DNA from: Acidimicrobiaceae bacterium
Lineage (GTDB): Bacteria; Actinomycetota; Acidimicrobiia; Acidimicrobiales; Bog-793
Direction of reading: 5' to 3'
DNA length: 64,000 bases
NCBI GenBank assembly: GCA_003159795.1
Contig: PLPK01000011.1
Location: 34,064-98,063, forward strand
This document shows positions 41,378 to 51,959 of this stretch, piece after piece. The position numbers and the translations under genes were made by a program. The notes beneath the pieces are model-generated. The model saw nothing but the letters and a program-made list of their open reading frames with translations, searched no databases and was not told where the DNA came from. Each line of letters begins with the position of its first letter. Within the stretch, counting starts at the first letter, position 1.

Positions 41378-42502
41378 TCAGCTCCGGCCGTCGGGCTCCC
41401 CGGACTCGCCGAGCAGCTTCGCGAAGCCGGGCTTGATCATCGTCTCGATGATGACGAGCCGGTCGTCGAAGGGGTAGAAGGCGCTCTTCATCGCGTTGAT
41501 CGCCAGCCAGCTGAGTGTGTCCCACCCCCACCCGAAGACGGCGGCGCACGCCGCCAGCTCCGAGGAGAGCGTCAACCCGCTCATCAGGCGGTTGTCGGTG
41601 TTGACCGTCACCCGGAAGCGCAGCTCGCGCAGCAACCCGATCGGGTGGTCGGCGAGCTCGGCGACGACGCCGGTGTGCACGTTCGAGGTCGGGCAGAGCT
41701 CCAGGGGCACACGGGTGTCGCGGATGTAGTTCGCGAGACGGCCGAGCGTCACCTCCCCGTCGGCGCCGACCGTGATGTCGTCGACGATCCGCACCCCGTG
41801 GCCAAGGCGCTCGGCGTTGCACCACTGGAGCGCCTGCCAGATCGACGGCAGGCCGAACGCCTCCCCGGCGTGCAGGGTCGCGTGGAAGTTCTCCCGCTGC
41901 ACGAGCTGGAAGGCGTCGAGGTGTTGGGTCGGCGGGTACCCCGCCTCGGCCCCCGCGACGTCGAACCCGGCGACGCCGGCGTCGCGATAGCGCACGGCGA
42001 GCTCGGCGATCTCAAGCGAGCGCGCCGCGGTCCGCATCGCCGTGAGGAGCGCCCGCACGACGATCGGCCGGCCCGCCTGCGCGGCGGCGGCCATGCCGGC
42101 CCGGAAACCGGCGAGGACGGACTCCACGACCTCGACGAGCTCAAGCCCGCCCGCGGTGTGCAGCTCGGGCGCGAACCGGACCTCGGCGTAGACGACGCCG
42201 TCGGCGGCGAGGTCCTCGACGCACTCGAAGGCGACCCGCTCGAGCGCCACGGGGTGCTGAAGGACGGCCACGGTGTGCGTGAAGCCCTCGAGGAAACGGA
42301 CGAGATCCCGGCGGGGGGCGGTGACAGCGAACCAACGGGCGAGCTCGTCCGGGTCGGCCGTCGGCAGGCCCTGGTAGCCGCACTGCGCGGCGAGCTCGAC
42401 GAGCGTCGCCGGACGGAGCCCCCCGTCGAGATGGTCGTGCAGCAGGACCTTCGGGGACTGGAGGATCTCTTCCGGCGTGGGCACCTTGTCTGGCATCGCC
42501 AA
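41378..42502 (-). CDS. add: adenosine deaminase
   Basis: [16 protein letters not shown] and NTDNRLMSG are adenosine deaminase signatures. Confidence 0.9.
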   Translation of the reverse strand: MAMPDKVPTPEEILQSPKVLLHDHLDGGLRPATLVELAAQCGYQGLPTADPDELARWFAVTAPRRDLVRFLEGFTHTVAVLQHPVALERVAFECVEDLAADGVVYAEVRFAPELHTAGGLELVEVVESVLAGFRAGMAAAAQAGRPIVVRALLTAMRTAARSLEIAELAVRYRDAGVAGFDVAGAEAGYPPTQHLDAFQLVQRENFHATLHAGEAFGLPSIWQALQWCNAERLGHGVRIVDDITVGADGEVTLGRLANYIRDTRVPLELCPTSNVHTGVVAELADHPIGLLRELRFRVTVNTDNRLMSGLTLSSELAACAAVFGWGWDTLSWLAINAMKSAFYPFDDRLVIIETMIKPGFAKLLGESGEPDGRS

Positions 42503-42597
42503 AGGCTAGTAGGCGACCAGGCCGTCACGACCTCCGGATCTTCTGCACCTCAGGGCCGCCGCGCGGCGGCGACGGGAACGGCCGCGCGGGCCGGCCG

Positions 42598-43893
42598 TCA
42601 GGTAAGCCGCGCCCGCACCAACGGCGCGGGGTCGGGCGGCGACCCGGCAATCGCGAAGGCGCCGGCGAGCGCCTCGCGGGCCCGCCCGATCCGCTCGGCG
42701 CTGTCGCCGTGCAGCTCGAGGACCGGCTGCCCGGCCGTGACCGCCTCGCCGGGCTTGGCGCGACAGATCACCCCCGCCGACGCGCTGACCGGGTCCTCCT
42801 TGCGGGCGCGGCCGGCGCCGAGCCGCCACGACGCCACCCCGACGGCGCGGGCGTCGAGGCGGGCGAGGAACCCCGCCCGGTCGGCGACGATCTCCTCGGT
42901 CAGCGTCGAGCGCGCGAGGGGCGCATCGGGATCGCCCCCCTGGGCCTCGACCATCGCCCGAAACCGCGCCAGCGCCGAGCCGTCCGCCAGCGCGGCCGCC
43001 GGGTCGGCGTCGCCGAGACCGGCGAGATCGAGCATCTCCCGCGCGAGCGCGAGGGTCACCTCGACGAGGTCGGCCGGCCCTTCCCCGGAGAGGACCTCGA
43101 TCGACTCGGCGACCTCGAGGGCGTTGCCGACGGCACGACCGAGCGGCGCCTCCATCGCGGTCACCAGAGCGGTGACGGCGAGGCCGTGGTCGTGGCCCAG
43201 GTCGACCATCGTCCGCGCGAGCTTCGTCGCCCGGTCCATCCCGGTCATGAAGGCGCCGGAGCCGACCTTCACGTCGAGGACGAGGGCGGCGGTGCCCTCG
43301 GCGATCTTTTTCGACATGATCGATGCCGCGATGAGCGGGATCGACTCGACCGTCCCCGTCACGTCGCGCAGCACGTAGAGCTTGCGGTCGGCCGGCGCGA
43401 GATCCCCTCCGGCGGCGCAGATCACGCAGCCGACGGTCTCGAGCTGGCCCCGGATCTCGTCGGCCGACAGCTCGGAGCGCCAGCCCGGGATCGCCTCGAG
43501 CTTGTCGAGCGTGCCGCCGGTGTGCCCGAGCCCCCGCCCGGACAGCTGCGGGACGGCGGCACCGCACGCTGCGACAAGCGGCGCGAGCACGAGCGAGACC
43601 TTGTCCCCGACACCACCGGTCGAGTGCTTGTCGACGGTCGGGCGGGTGAGCCCGGCGAGGTCCATCCTCCCGCCCGAGGCGATCATCGCGCCGGTCCAGG
43701 TCGCCAGCTCCTCAGGCGACAGGCCCTGGAAGTACACCGCCATGAGCAGCGCCGCGAGCTGCTCGTCGGGCAGTGCCCCGCGGGCGTAGGCGTCGATCAG
43801 CCAGTCGATCTCGCCATCCGCGAGCGACTGCCCGTCGCGCTTCGCGCGGATGAGGTCGACTACGTCGAAGACAGGGTCGTCCCTAGTCGCCAC
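42598..43893 (-). CDS. deoA: thymidine (pyrimidine-nucleoside) phosphorylase
   Basis: FDVVDLIRAKRDGQ and VDKHSTGGVGDKVSLVLAP are present. I preferred the GTG at 43893, which overlaps the cdd 3' end by 11 nt. The track ORF runs to 44004. Confidence 0.9.
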   Translation of the reverse strand: MATRDDPVFDVVDLIRAKRDGQSLADGEIDWLIDAYARGALPDEQLAALLMAVYFQGLSPEELATWTGAMIASGGRMDLAGLTRPTVDKHSTGGVGDKVSLVLAPLVAACGAAVPQLSGRGLGHTGGTLDKLEAIPGWRSELSADEIRGQLETVGCVICAAGGDLAPADRKLYVLRDVTGTVESIPLIAASIMSKKIAEGTAALVLDVKVGSGAFMTGMDRATKLARTMVDLGHDHGLAVTALVTAMEAPLGRAVGNALEVAESIEVLSGEGPADLVEVTLALAREMLDLAGLGDADPAAALADGSALARFRAMVEAQGGDPDAPLARSTLTEEIVADRAGFLARLDARAVGVASWRLGAGRARKEDPVSASAGVICRAKPGEAVTAGQPVLELHGDSAERIGRAREALAGAFAIAGSPPDPAPLVRARLT

Positions 43894-44311
43894 GTGCCGT
43901 GTGGGTCGAGGGCACGTCCTCTGGGCCCCTCCAGGCGTCAGGCAGCAGGTCCCGCAGCAGGATCGGCGCCGACGCCTCGCCCTGGTCGAACAGCAGCCCG
44001 ACACTGCCGTGCTCGACGAGGAGCTGGCGGCAGCGCCCGCAGGGCGCGAGCGGCCGGCCGTCGCGGGCGACGACGCTCACGGCAATGAGATCCGCCTCTC
44101 CCGCGGCGGTGACGCTCGAGACGAGGCCGCACTCGGCGCAGAGCGTCAGGCCGTAGGAGGCGTTCTCCACATTGCAGCCGACGTAGATCCTGCCGGACGA
44201 GGTGAGCCCCGCGGCACCGACGTGCAGCCCCGAGTAGGGCGCGTAGGCGTTCTGTGCCGCCTGCACCGCCCGGGCACGCAGCTCGTTCCAGTCGATTGCG
44301 ATCCTCGCCAT
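43883..44311 (-). CDS. cdd: cytidine deaminase
   Basis: The zinc motifs CAECGLV and PCGRCRQLL are present. I preferred the ATG at 44311, 9 nt after GGAGGAG. The ORF is open to 44329. Confidence 0.9.
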   Translation of the reverse strand: MARIAIDWNELRARAVQAAQNAYAPYSGLHVGAAGLTSSGRIYVGCNVENASYGLTLCAECGLVSSVTAAGEADLIAVSVVARDGRPLAPCGRCRQLLVEHGSVGLLFDQGEASAPILLRDLLPDAWRGPEDVPSTHTARGD

Positions 44312-44497
44312 CCTGTGGCGCTCCTCCAACGGAACCCCCTCCCGTTGGGGGCGGACGCTACACCTCCGGGAGCGGGAAGGTTGCGGCCGGTCGCCAATTC
44401 CGCCTCGGGAACCACCAGCCCATGCCCTCGCCTCCGGTCCCCGTTCGCCGCCGAGGTGGTCGCGGCACCCGGCGCCCGCACCCGGCGCTATGGCCCC

Positions 44498-45790
44498 CTA
44501 CTGCGGGCGGTACGGCTTGCCGTCGTTGGCGGGCGGGCGGACCCTGCCGACGAGGCCGGAGACGACGGCGATCGTGATGAGATACGGCGCCATGACCAGG
44601 ATGTTCGGGTTGATCGGCACGTTGAGAACCGAGAGCGTCGCCTGGAGGGAGTTCGCGAACCCGAACAGCAGTGCCGCCAGCAGCCCCCCGTAGGGGCGCC
44701 AGCGGCCGAAGATCATCGCCGCGAGGGCGACGAAGCCGAGGCCCGCGGTCATGTCCGACGAGAACTCGCCGGTGGAACCGATCGTGAAGGCGGCCCCGCC
44801 GATCCCGGCGATGACGCCGCCCCAGATGACGTTGCGGTACCGCACGGTCAGCACGTGGATGCCGACGGTCTCGGCGGCCTCGGGGTGCTCGCCGACCGCC
44901 CGCAGCCGCAGGCCCCAGCGGGTCCGGAAGAGTCCCGTCGTGAGCACGACGAGGAGGACGATCGCGAGGTAGACGAAGATGTTCTGGTCGAAGACGTCCG
45001 GGCCGATGATCGGGATCTTGTCGAGGAGCGGGATCGCGATCGGCGAGAACGTCGGTCCCGAGTTCAGCGTGTTCTGGTACGGGACGAGGAGCGTGTCGGT
45101 GAGGTAGTTCGTCAGCCCGAGCGCGAAGGCGTTGATGACGATGCCGACGATGATCTGGTCAGCGGAGTAACGCAGCGACAGGAAGGCAAGCAGCCCGCCG
45201 AGCAGGCCACCCGCGAGCGCCCCGCAGGCCAGCCCGAGCCAGAGATCCCCCGAGGCACTGGCGATGATCTCGGCGATGAAGGCTCCCATGAGGAACTGCC
45301 CCTCGATCGCGACGTTGATGACGCCCGAGCGCTCGCACATCACCCCGGACATCGATCCGAAGATGATCGGGATCGCCGAGATCAGCGTCGCGCCGATCAT
45401 GCCGGCGAGGTCGAGCAGGTTGTTACGCGCCGCCCAGGCGAGGAACGACCAGAGGAACAGGACGACACCGAGGCTGAAGATGACGAAGGTGCCCCGGGTC
45501 CGACGACGGACGATGAGAAGGAGGCCGAGCGCCGCGCAGACGACGGCCATCACGACCGAGGTCTCGCGCACGGGGAAGTGGAGCGGCGCGAGGTACCACG
45601 CCGTCGAGAACGGCGAGGTGAGCCGGAAAGTCGTCTCGGCACCGGCCGACACGCCCAGGCCGAAGGTCAACAGCATCAGCACTGAGGCGAGAACGAGGAA
45701 GATCCCCATCCCCCGGCGCCGCCCGGCGGAGACGATGCGCGCCTCCGAGGCCACGGCCGGCTTCCCGCCAAGAATCGCGACGGCGGTCAC
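44498..45790 (-). CDS. ABC transporter permease (BMP/nucleoside importer, second TMD)
   Basis: A polytopic BPD_transp_2-type permease, in an operon with the BMP lipoprotein and a double-NBD ATPase. Confidence 0.85.
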   Translation of the reverse strand: MTAVAILGGKPAVASEARIVSAGRRRGMGIFLVLASVLMLLTFGLGVSAGAETTFRLTSPFSTAWYLAPLHFPVRETSVVMAVVCAALGLLLIVRRRTRGTFVIFSLGVVLFLWSFLAWAARNNLLDLAGMIGATLISAIPIIFGSMSGVMCERSGVINVAIEGQFLMGAFIAEIIASASGDLWLGLACGALAGGLLGGLLAFLSLRYSADQIIVGIVINAFALGLTNYLTDTLLVPYQNTLNSGPTFSPIAIPLLDKIPIIGPDVFDQNIFVYLAIVLLVVLTTGLFRTRWGLRLRAVGEHPEAAETVGIHVLTVRYRNVIWGGVIAGIGGAAFTIGSTGEFSSDMTAGLGFVALAAMIFGRWRPYGGLLAALLFGFANSLQATLSVLNVPINPNILVMAPYLITIAVVSGLVGRVRPPANDGKPYRPQ

Positions 45791-45836
45791 GGCCGTGCTC
45801 CCCGCCCGCCCCAGCGGCCAGCGGCCCGCCGCCCGC

Positions 45837-47123
45837 TCACGCCGCCCAGCCCCTCGTCAGAAGACCCTGGCCGACGTTCATGCCCCGCAACCGGTAGACC
45901 TCGTTGACGAGGCCGGGCGTGGCGACGAAGAACACAATGATCGCCTGGATGACCGAGGCGAGGTCGAGCGGGATCCCGGTCGACGCCTGCATGTAGCGCC
46001 CACCGACGTTCAGCGCGGCGAACAGCAGCGAGCCGAGCACGATGCCGATCGGGCGGTTCCGGCCCAGCAGCGCGACGGTGATGCAGTCGAAGCCGACAGT
46101 CCCGCCGTATCCCGCGGAGAGGAAGTAGTCCGACCCGCAGAGCGAGATCATCCCCGCCAGGCCCGCCAGGCCGCCCGAGATCACGAGCACGAGGATCGTC
46201 GCCCGGCGAACGTTGATCCCCGCGACCTTCGCCGCGTCCTGGTTCGCACCGACCACCCGGAAGCCGAAGCCGAGGGTGCCTCGCCGCAGCAACCAGGAGA
46301 CACCGAGCGCACAGGCGATGGCGATGAACACCCCCACGTTCACCCTCAGGTTCTGGCCGAAGATGTGGGGGAGCTCCGCGGACCCGAAGATCGTCCTGCC
46401 GACCGCGTTCGCCTGGTGCGGCTGCTGGAACGGCTGGGTCGTGAGCGCGAGGACTAACAGGTTCAGGAAGACGTAGTTGAGCATGATCGTGACGATCACC
46501 TCGTGCGCCCCGGTGCGCGCCTTCAAGAAACCCGGGATGAACCCCGCCACGGCGCCACCGGCGAACCCCGCGAGGATGCACAGCGGCACATGGATGATCG
46601 CCGGCGGGTCAATCTCGAAGCCCACGTAGCTCGCCGCCATCGCCCCGGCGATCAGCTGACCCTGCCCGCCGATGTTGAACATGCCGGTGCGGAAGCCGAG
46701 CCCGACGGCGAGTCCCGCGACGCAGAGCGGCGAGGCGTAGAGCAGCGTCTCGCTGAGCGGCGTGAGTGCCTGGCCCCAGCCGTGTCCCGTCGCGATGGCG
46801 TGGCCGATGACGAACGGGTCGCCGAGCGAGCCGGTGAACAGGTCGCGGTAGGCATCGCCGACCGTGAAGAACGTCACGCTCACCGTCGTGCCTGGGTGGC
46901 TGAAAAGAAGCGACCAGGCGTGGAGAACGTTCGCCTGGGTGGCGATGATGAGGACCGCGCCGACAAACAGGCCGCTGAAGATGGCGAGCGCCGTCACCAT
47001 GACGACGTTCGCCTCGACCATCCAGTGGAAGAAGCGGCTCCAACCCCGCGGAGCGTTCGCCTTGACAGGCGACGTGCTGGCCGGGGGTGCGGCCGCGGGG
47101 ACGGTGAATCCGGTGTCGCTCAC
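45837..47123 (-). CDS. ABC transporter permease (BMP/nucleoside importer, first TMD)
   Basis: A polytopic permease. Its start overlaps the ATPase stop by 4 nt. Confidence 0.85.
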   Translation of the reverse strand: MSDTGFTVPAAAPPASTSPVKANAPRGWSRFFHWMVEANVVMVTALAIFSGLFVGAVLIIATQANVLHAWSLLFSHPGTTVSVTFFTVGDAYRDLFTGSLGDPFVIGHAIATGHGWGQALTPLSETLLYASPLCVAGLAVGLGFRTGMFNIGGQGQLIAGAMAASYVGFEIDPPAIIHVPLCILAGFAGGAVAGFIPGFLKARTGAHEVIVTIMLNYVFLNLLVLALTTQPFQQPHQANAVGRTIFGSAELPHIFGQNLRVNVGVFIAIACALGVSWLLRRGTLGFGFRVVGANQDAAKVAGINVRRATILVLVISGGLAGLAGMISLCGSDYFLSAGYGGTVGFDCITVALLGRNRPIGIVLGSLLFAALNVGGRYMQASTGIPLDLASVIQAIIVFFVATPGLVNEVYRLRGMNVGQGLLTRGWAA

Positions 47124-48664
47124 TGCCCCGTCTCCACCCCGGTCTGCGACGACGCCGCGCCGTCACCGGTGACACCCGCCATCAAAAGCCCGATCCGCTC
47201 GCGCCCGACGGAGGGGCCGACGACGTCCATGATGGCGCCGCGGTAGATGACGGCGATCCGGTCGCCGAGGGCGAGCACCTCGTCGAGTTCCGAGGAGATG
47301 ATGACGACGGCCGCGCCACGGTCTCGCACCTCAACGATCCGTCGGTGAACGTACTCAATCGAGCCGACGTCGAGACCGCGGGTCGGCTGCGCCGCGACAA
47401 GCAGCGTCGTCTGCCGCGACAGCTCGCGGGCGACGATCACTTTCTGCTGGTTGCCACCCGACAACGTGGAGACGAGGACGTCGACGGAGCCCGCCCGGAT
47501 GTCGAAGTCGCTCATCCTCTCCTTCCCGCTGCACGCGACCTCGCGGAGGTTGCGCGCGCCGAGGCGCGCGTGGGGGGCGACGTCGAAGACGTCGAGGATG
47601 AGGTTGTCGGCGATCGTCATCGAGGTGACGAGGCCGTCGCGGATCCGGTCCTCGGGCACGTGGGCGATCCCGGCGCGCAGCCGCGCCTTCGGGGTCGCGC
47701 GTGTGATGTCCCGACCGAGGAGCGTGATCCGGCCCGCAGCCACCTCGATCAGGCCGCAGAGCGCCTCCTCGATCTCGGTCTGCCCGTTCCCCTGGACACC
47801 CGCGAGAGCGAGGATCTCCCCTCCGCGCACCTCGAAACTGACGTGGTCGACGACGGTCAGCCCACGTGCGTCCTCGACTGTCAGGTCCTCCACCGCGAGG
47901 ACCACTTCACCGGGCCGGGCCGGCTCCTTGTGAACCACGAGCTCGACCGACCGGCCGACCATCATCGAGGCGAGCTCGGACTCCGTCGTCGCCTGGGAGG
48001 TCGTCGTGCCGATCACCGCGCCGGCCCGCATGACGGTGATCCGATCGGCGACGGCGAGCACCTCCTTCAGCTTGTGCGTGATGAAAAGGATCGAGCGCCC
48101 CGACACCACGAGCGACCGCATGATCGCGAAGAGCGCCTCGGTCTCGTTGGGGGTTAGCACCGACGTGGGCTCGTCGAGGATGAGAAGCTGCGCGTCACGC
48201 GAGAGCGCCTTCAGGATCTCGACACGCTGCTGGACGCCGACGGGCAGGTCCTCGACGAGCGCATCCGGGTCGACCTCGAGGCCGAACTCCTGCGAGATCC
48301 GGTGGATGTCGGCCCTCGCCCGGCGTCGGTCGAGCAGACCGAAATGGCGGGTTGGCTCAAAGCCCAGCACGACGTTCTCCGCCACGGTGAACACCGGCAC
48401 GAGCATGAAGTGCTGGTGAACCATGCCGATGCCGTGGCGGACCGCGGCACCCGGGTCGGGGAAGTGGACGACCTCGCCGTCGAGCGCGATGTCGCCCGAG
48501 TCCGGGTGCATCAGCCCGAAAAGGACGTTCATGAGTGTCGTCTTGCCCGCGCCGTTCTCACCCAGGAGCGCGTGGATCTCACCGGGTTCGACCGTGAGGT
48601 CGACGTGGTCGTCTGCTACGAGGGATCCGAAGGTCTTCGTGATCCCCGACAACTCAAGCTTCAC
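47120..48664 (-). CDS. ABC transporter ATP-binding protein with two NBDs (sugar/nucleoside type)
   Basis: Walker A GENGAGKTT and Walker B LLILDEPTSVL in NBD1, plus LSGGNQQKV in NBD2. Confidence 0.9.
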   Translation of the reverse strand: MKLELSGITKTFGSLVADDHVDLTVEPGEIHALLGENGAGKTTLMNVLFGLMHPDSGDIALDGEVVHFPDPGAAVRHGIGMVHQHFMLVPVFTVAENVVLGFEPTRHFGLLDRRRARADIHRISQEFGLEVDPDALVEDLPVGVQQRVEILKALSRDAQLLILDEPTSVLTPNETEALFAIMRSLVVSGRSILFITHKLKEVLAVADRITVMRAGAVIGTTTSQATTESELASMMVGRSVELVVHKEPARPGEVVLAVEDLTVEDARGLTVVDHVSFEVRGGEILALAGVQGNGQTEIEEALCGLIEVAAGRITLLGRDITRATPKARLRAGIAHVPEDRIRDGLVTSMTIADNLILDVFDVAPHARLGARNLREVACSGKERMSDFDIRAGSVDVLVSTLSGGNQQKVIVARELSRQTTLLVAAQPTRGLDVGSIEYVHRRIVEVRDRGAAVVIISSELDEVLALGDRIAVIYRGAIMDVVGPSVGRERIGLLMAGVTGDGAASSQTGVETGQ

Positions 48665-48796
48665 GGCTACCTCGACCTTGCGACAGGCCGCCGGGCCCCC
48701 CTGGCCCGGCCGCCTGTCCGAGATGTCGTCAACTCTCCCGGTCCGTCACGGTCCGGGCCCGGGGACCCGGACCCGGACCGTGACCCGGGAAGCCGG

Positions 48797-49963
48797 CTAG
48801 CTGGCCGGGTAGGAGTCCGGGTCGATCGAGATCGTCCCCGCCTCGACCATCGACTTGATCTGGTTGAGCCCGTTCTGCAGGGCCTTCGGGATCACCTTGG
48901 CGAATTTGTGGTACGGCGACAGCGCGACGCCACCGTTCTTCAGCGTCCCGAAGTAGTTGCCGCCGTGGAACTTGCCGTGCACCGCCGAGAGCGCGGCGTT
49001 CTCCACCGATTTCACGATCCCCTTCGTCACGCTGGTGAGGAAGATGCTGCAGTCGCTCGGAACCGAGACGCAGCCGTCCGTGTCGACCCACTCCATCGTG
49101 ACGCCGTGGCCGTAGGCCTTCACCCCAGCCGCCGCACCGAGTCCGACCGAGCCCGCGACCGGGAAGATGACGTCGGCGCCGCGCTGGATGAGCGCCGACG
49201 CGTCGGTTCTGCCCGCCGCCTGGTTCGTGAACGAGTTGGTGAACGTGCCGGTCCCGTCGAAGCTGCCCTTGGGCCGGTTCTTCTTCGGGGTCCAACCGAG
49301 GGCGACGACGTGCTTGTGGTCGACCTTGTCGAAGTAGCGGACGCCGGCGACCCAGCCGTCCATGTAGATCGTGACGGTCGGGATGTCCTCACCACCAAAC
49401 GTGCCGACATAGCCGGTCGTGCTCATCGCGGCGGCGAGGAACCCTCCGAGGAAGGCGTCCTGGTTCGTGTCGTAGAGCAGCGAGTCGATGTTCTTGATCG
49501 GCGGCGAGTAGCTGTAGTCGACGATCGCGAAGTCCTGGTGCGGGTGGGCTTTCGCCGCGTTCTCGGTATCGGTTCCCATCAGGAAGCCGACCGTGATGAT
49601 GATGCCGCAGTGCAACCCGATGAACGTCTTGATGTTCGGCTCGTAGTCGCTCGCCGAGGTCGACGACAGGTACTGGATCCTCATCGACGGGTCCACAACC
49701 TTGGCATCCTCGAGGCCCTTCCAAGCCGAAGCGTTGAAGGAACGGTCGTTGATCCCACCGGTGTCGGTCACCTCGCAGGCGAGGAACGAGCCCTTGTGGC
49801 TCACCACCGCGGCCGCACGGTGGCGCGCCGTCGCGGTTGCCGAGGCGGCCCCGGTCGAGGCCACGCCCGCGACGAGTGCCAGCGCCGATAGGACGACAAG
49901 TGCCCGAACTCCCGGCATCCGCCGTTGACGAATCACGGGATCACTTAGACCATGAGAAACCAT
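48797..49963 (-). CDS. BMP-family (PnrA-like) nucleoside-binding protein, secreted
   Basis: BMP-family body (VTDTGGINDRSFNASAWKGLEDA..., FPVAGSVGLGAA) and a signal peptide (RALVVLSALALVAGVAS). I preferred the ATG at 49963, 5 nt after AAGGAGGG. The track ORF runs to 50152. Confidence 0.88.
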   Translation of the reverse strand: MVSHGLSDPVIRQRRMPGVRALVVLSALALVAGVASTGAASATATARHRAAAVVSHKGSFLACEVTDTGGINDRSFNASAWKGLEDAKVVDPSMRIQYLSSTSASDYEPNIKTFIGLHCGIIITVGFLMGTDTENAAKAHPHQDFAIVDYSYSPPIKNIDSLLYDTNQDAFLGGFLAAAMSTTGYVGTFGGEDIPTVTIYMDGWVAGVRYFDKVDHKHVVALGWTPKKNRPKGSFDGTGTFTNSFTNQAAGRTDASALIQRGADVIFPVAGSVGLGAAAGVKAYGHGVTMEWVDTDGCVSVPSDCSIFLTSVTKGIVKSVENAALSAVHGKFHGGNYFGTLKNGGVALSPYHKFAKVIPKALQNGLNQIKSMVEAGTISIDPDSYPAS

Positions 49964-50141
49964 TGGCCCTCCTTGAACTGGGTTCACATCGGCTGCGGTT
50001 GGCCGCGACTGATGGGCGTTCACCCGCCCGGGGGCCCTGTGACACCCGGACCGCAGCTGGTCGCCCCATCGCTGATACCGAACCGCTCTGCCCCTTGACG
50101 GGGGCGACGCTACCACCGCCCCGGCGCCGTGACCGGGGGAG

Positions 50142-50822
50142 ATGACGCACAAATCGGCCGCCCGCCCCGGGATCCCCGCGGCAAAGCGGCTGGCGCAGAT
50201 AGCCTCTGACTTGGTGATCGATCACATCCTCCTCGACGTCATCGGGGCGATCCGCGAGGCCCTTGAGGGGGCGCTCTTGGAGCAGCAGGCCGTCGAGGAG
50301 CGGTTCCAGATCGACGTCTTCCTCGGCGACGTCGCCTTCGAGACCTCGTTCTCGCTCCCGGGCGAGCAGAACCCCCCGCGGGTCCGCGCCGACCTCGGCC
50401 TCGAGTGGCCGACCTGGAGCCAGAGCGCCTACCGCTCGTGGTCGATCGGGGAGCCGACCTCGGAGCGCCCCGAGCTCGTGGTGGAGCTGACCCTGCGGCT
50501 CCAGCGCCTCGCCGCCGTCCCCGAACCGGCGGTTGTGCTCGCCGCCCTCGGCGAGAGCCGCCCCGAGATCGCCGGCGAGCCCCTGGAGCGCAGCGGCATC
50601 ACGGTCGAGCAGGCCTTCGACGCCGAGCCGGGCACGGCGACCTCGGCGATCGAGATCGCCTACCAGGGCACGTACAGGCTGAGCGAAACCGTCCTCGAGG
50701 AGCCCGAACGGCTGGACGGCCAGGTGGCGCCGCTCGCCCGCTGGATCGCCTCCGCTCTCGTGCGCCTCGCCGACCTCGAGCTGCCGTCGTCGCCGGTCGA
50801 CGACTCCGAGGCGAGCACGTAG
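50142..50822 (+). CDS. acidic hypothetical protein (226 aa)
   Basis: An uninterrupted frame with ordinary, non-Arg/Pro-biased composition and high GC3. I recognise no family. The start is uncertain because the SD abuts the ATG at 50142. Confidence 0.5.
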   Translation: MTHKSAARPGIPAAKRLAQIASDLVIDHILLDVIGAIREALEGALLEQQAVEERFQIDVFLGDVAFETSFSLPGEQNPPRVRADLGLEWPTWSQSAYRSWSIGEPTSERPELVVELTLRLQRLAAVPEPAVVLAALGESRPEIAGEPLERSGITVEQAFDAEPGTATSAIEIAYQGTYRLSETVLEEPERLDGQVAPLARWIASALVRLADLELPSSPVDDSEAST

Positions 50823-50834
50823 AGCCTGCCCGCC

Positions 50835-51890
50835 TCAGGCGACCCCCCGCGCCCGGGCGAGCTCGGCGAGGGACGACTCCGGCCGGGCACCGAGGTGGCT
50901 GATCACCTCGCTGGCCGCCAGCACGCCGAGACGCGCCGCCCCCTCGGGACCGTGGCCGTGGGTGACCCCGAAGCAGAATCCCGCCGCGAAGAGATCGCCG
51001 GCACCGGTCAGGTCGACGATCTGCCCGACCGGGTGGGCGGGCACCTCGACGGAGCCGTCGGCCAGCCCGAGCGCCACGCCCTTCTCGCCGAGGGTCACCG
51101 CCACGGTGAGCCCCGGACGGGAGGTCGCCTCGAGCGCGCGGGGAACGGCCCTTTGGCGGCTGAAAGCGAGGAGCTCGGCTTCGTTGGCGAACACGATGTC
51201 GACGGGTCCCGCGATGAGCCGCTCGAGGACGGGGCGGTGCCGCTCGACGAGGAGGGCGTCCGACAGCCCGAGGGCGATCGAGGCACCCCCGCCCCGGGCT
51301 GCGGTCACGAGCCGCTCGACGATCGCCGGCGCGTCGGGGAGGTCGAGAAGGTAGCCCTCGACGTAGACGAGCTGGGCGTCCCCCACGACCTCGGGGTCGA
51401 TCCCGGCCGAGTCGAGCCGGCCGCCGGCACCGAGGAAGGTCGCCATCGTCCGCTCGGCGTCCGGCGTGATGATCGCGGAGCACCGCCCCGTCGCCATCCC
51501 CGCACCTGAGGTGTCCGCCCGAAAGCGCTGCAGCACGGCGTGCACCCCGGCCGCCTCGAGGTCCGCCGCGAAGCGATCACCGAGGTCGTCGGTCGCCACC
51601 GCGCCGATGAAAGCCGGGTGTCCCCCAAGGGAGGCGACACCGACCGAGGTGTTCGTGGCCGTCCCGCCGGAGACCTGCCGACCCTCGCCGACGACCGCCC
51701 GGATCCTCTCGCTCGTCGCCCGGTCGACGAGCGTCATCGCGCCAAGCGGCAGCCCGAGTGACTCGATGACGGCTGCGGGAGCGAAGGCGAAGTGGTCCAC
51801 CAGGGCGTTGCCGACACAGACGACGTCGAAACGCTTGGAGGAATCGGGCAGGGGTGCTCCGCGCGAGCCACTCTCCCCTGTCACGCCCAA
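50835..51890 (-). CDS. PfkB-family carbohydrate/nucleoside kinase (adenosine kinase-like)
   Basis: FDVVCVGNALVDH at the N-terminus and the PfkB signature IVDLTGAGDLFAAGF near the C-terminus. Confidence 0.85.
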   Translation of the reverse strand: MGVTGESGSRGAPLPDSSKRFDVVCVGNALVDHFAFAPAAVIESLGLPLGAMTLVDRATSERIRAVVGEGRQVSGGTATNTSVGVASLGGHPAFIGAVATDDLGDRFAADLEAAGVHAVLQRFRADTSGAGMATGRCSAIITPDAERTMATFLGAGGRLDSAGIDPEVVGDAQLVYVEGYLLDLPDAPAIVERLVTAARGGGASIALGLSDALLVERHRPVLERLIAGPVDIVFANEAELLAFSRQRAVPRALEATSRPGLTVAVTLGEKGVALGLADGSVEVPAHPVGQIVDLTGAGDLFAAGFCFGVTHGHGPEGAARLGVLAASEVISHLGARPESSLAELARARGVA

Positions 51891-51959
51891 ACCCTACCGC
51901 CGGCGGGTTCGCCCGCCACCCGTGGAAGACATGCGAGCGTTGAGTAGCCTCGACGTGCT

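Noticed and set aside
49964-50141. Possible purine/nucleoside-responsive riboswitch upstream of the BMP importer operon
   Set aside because: I found none of the conserved purine-riboswitch loop or junction sequences. The region shows only generic GC-rich hairpins and a strong SD.
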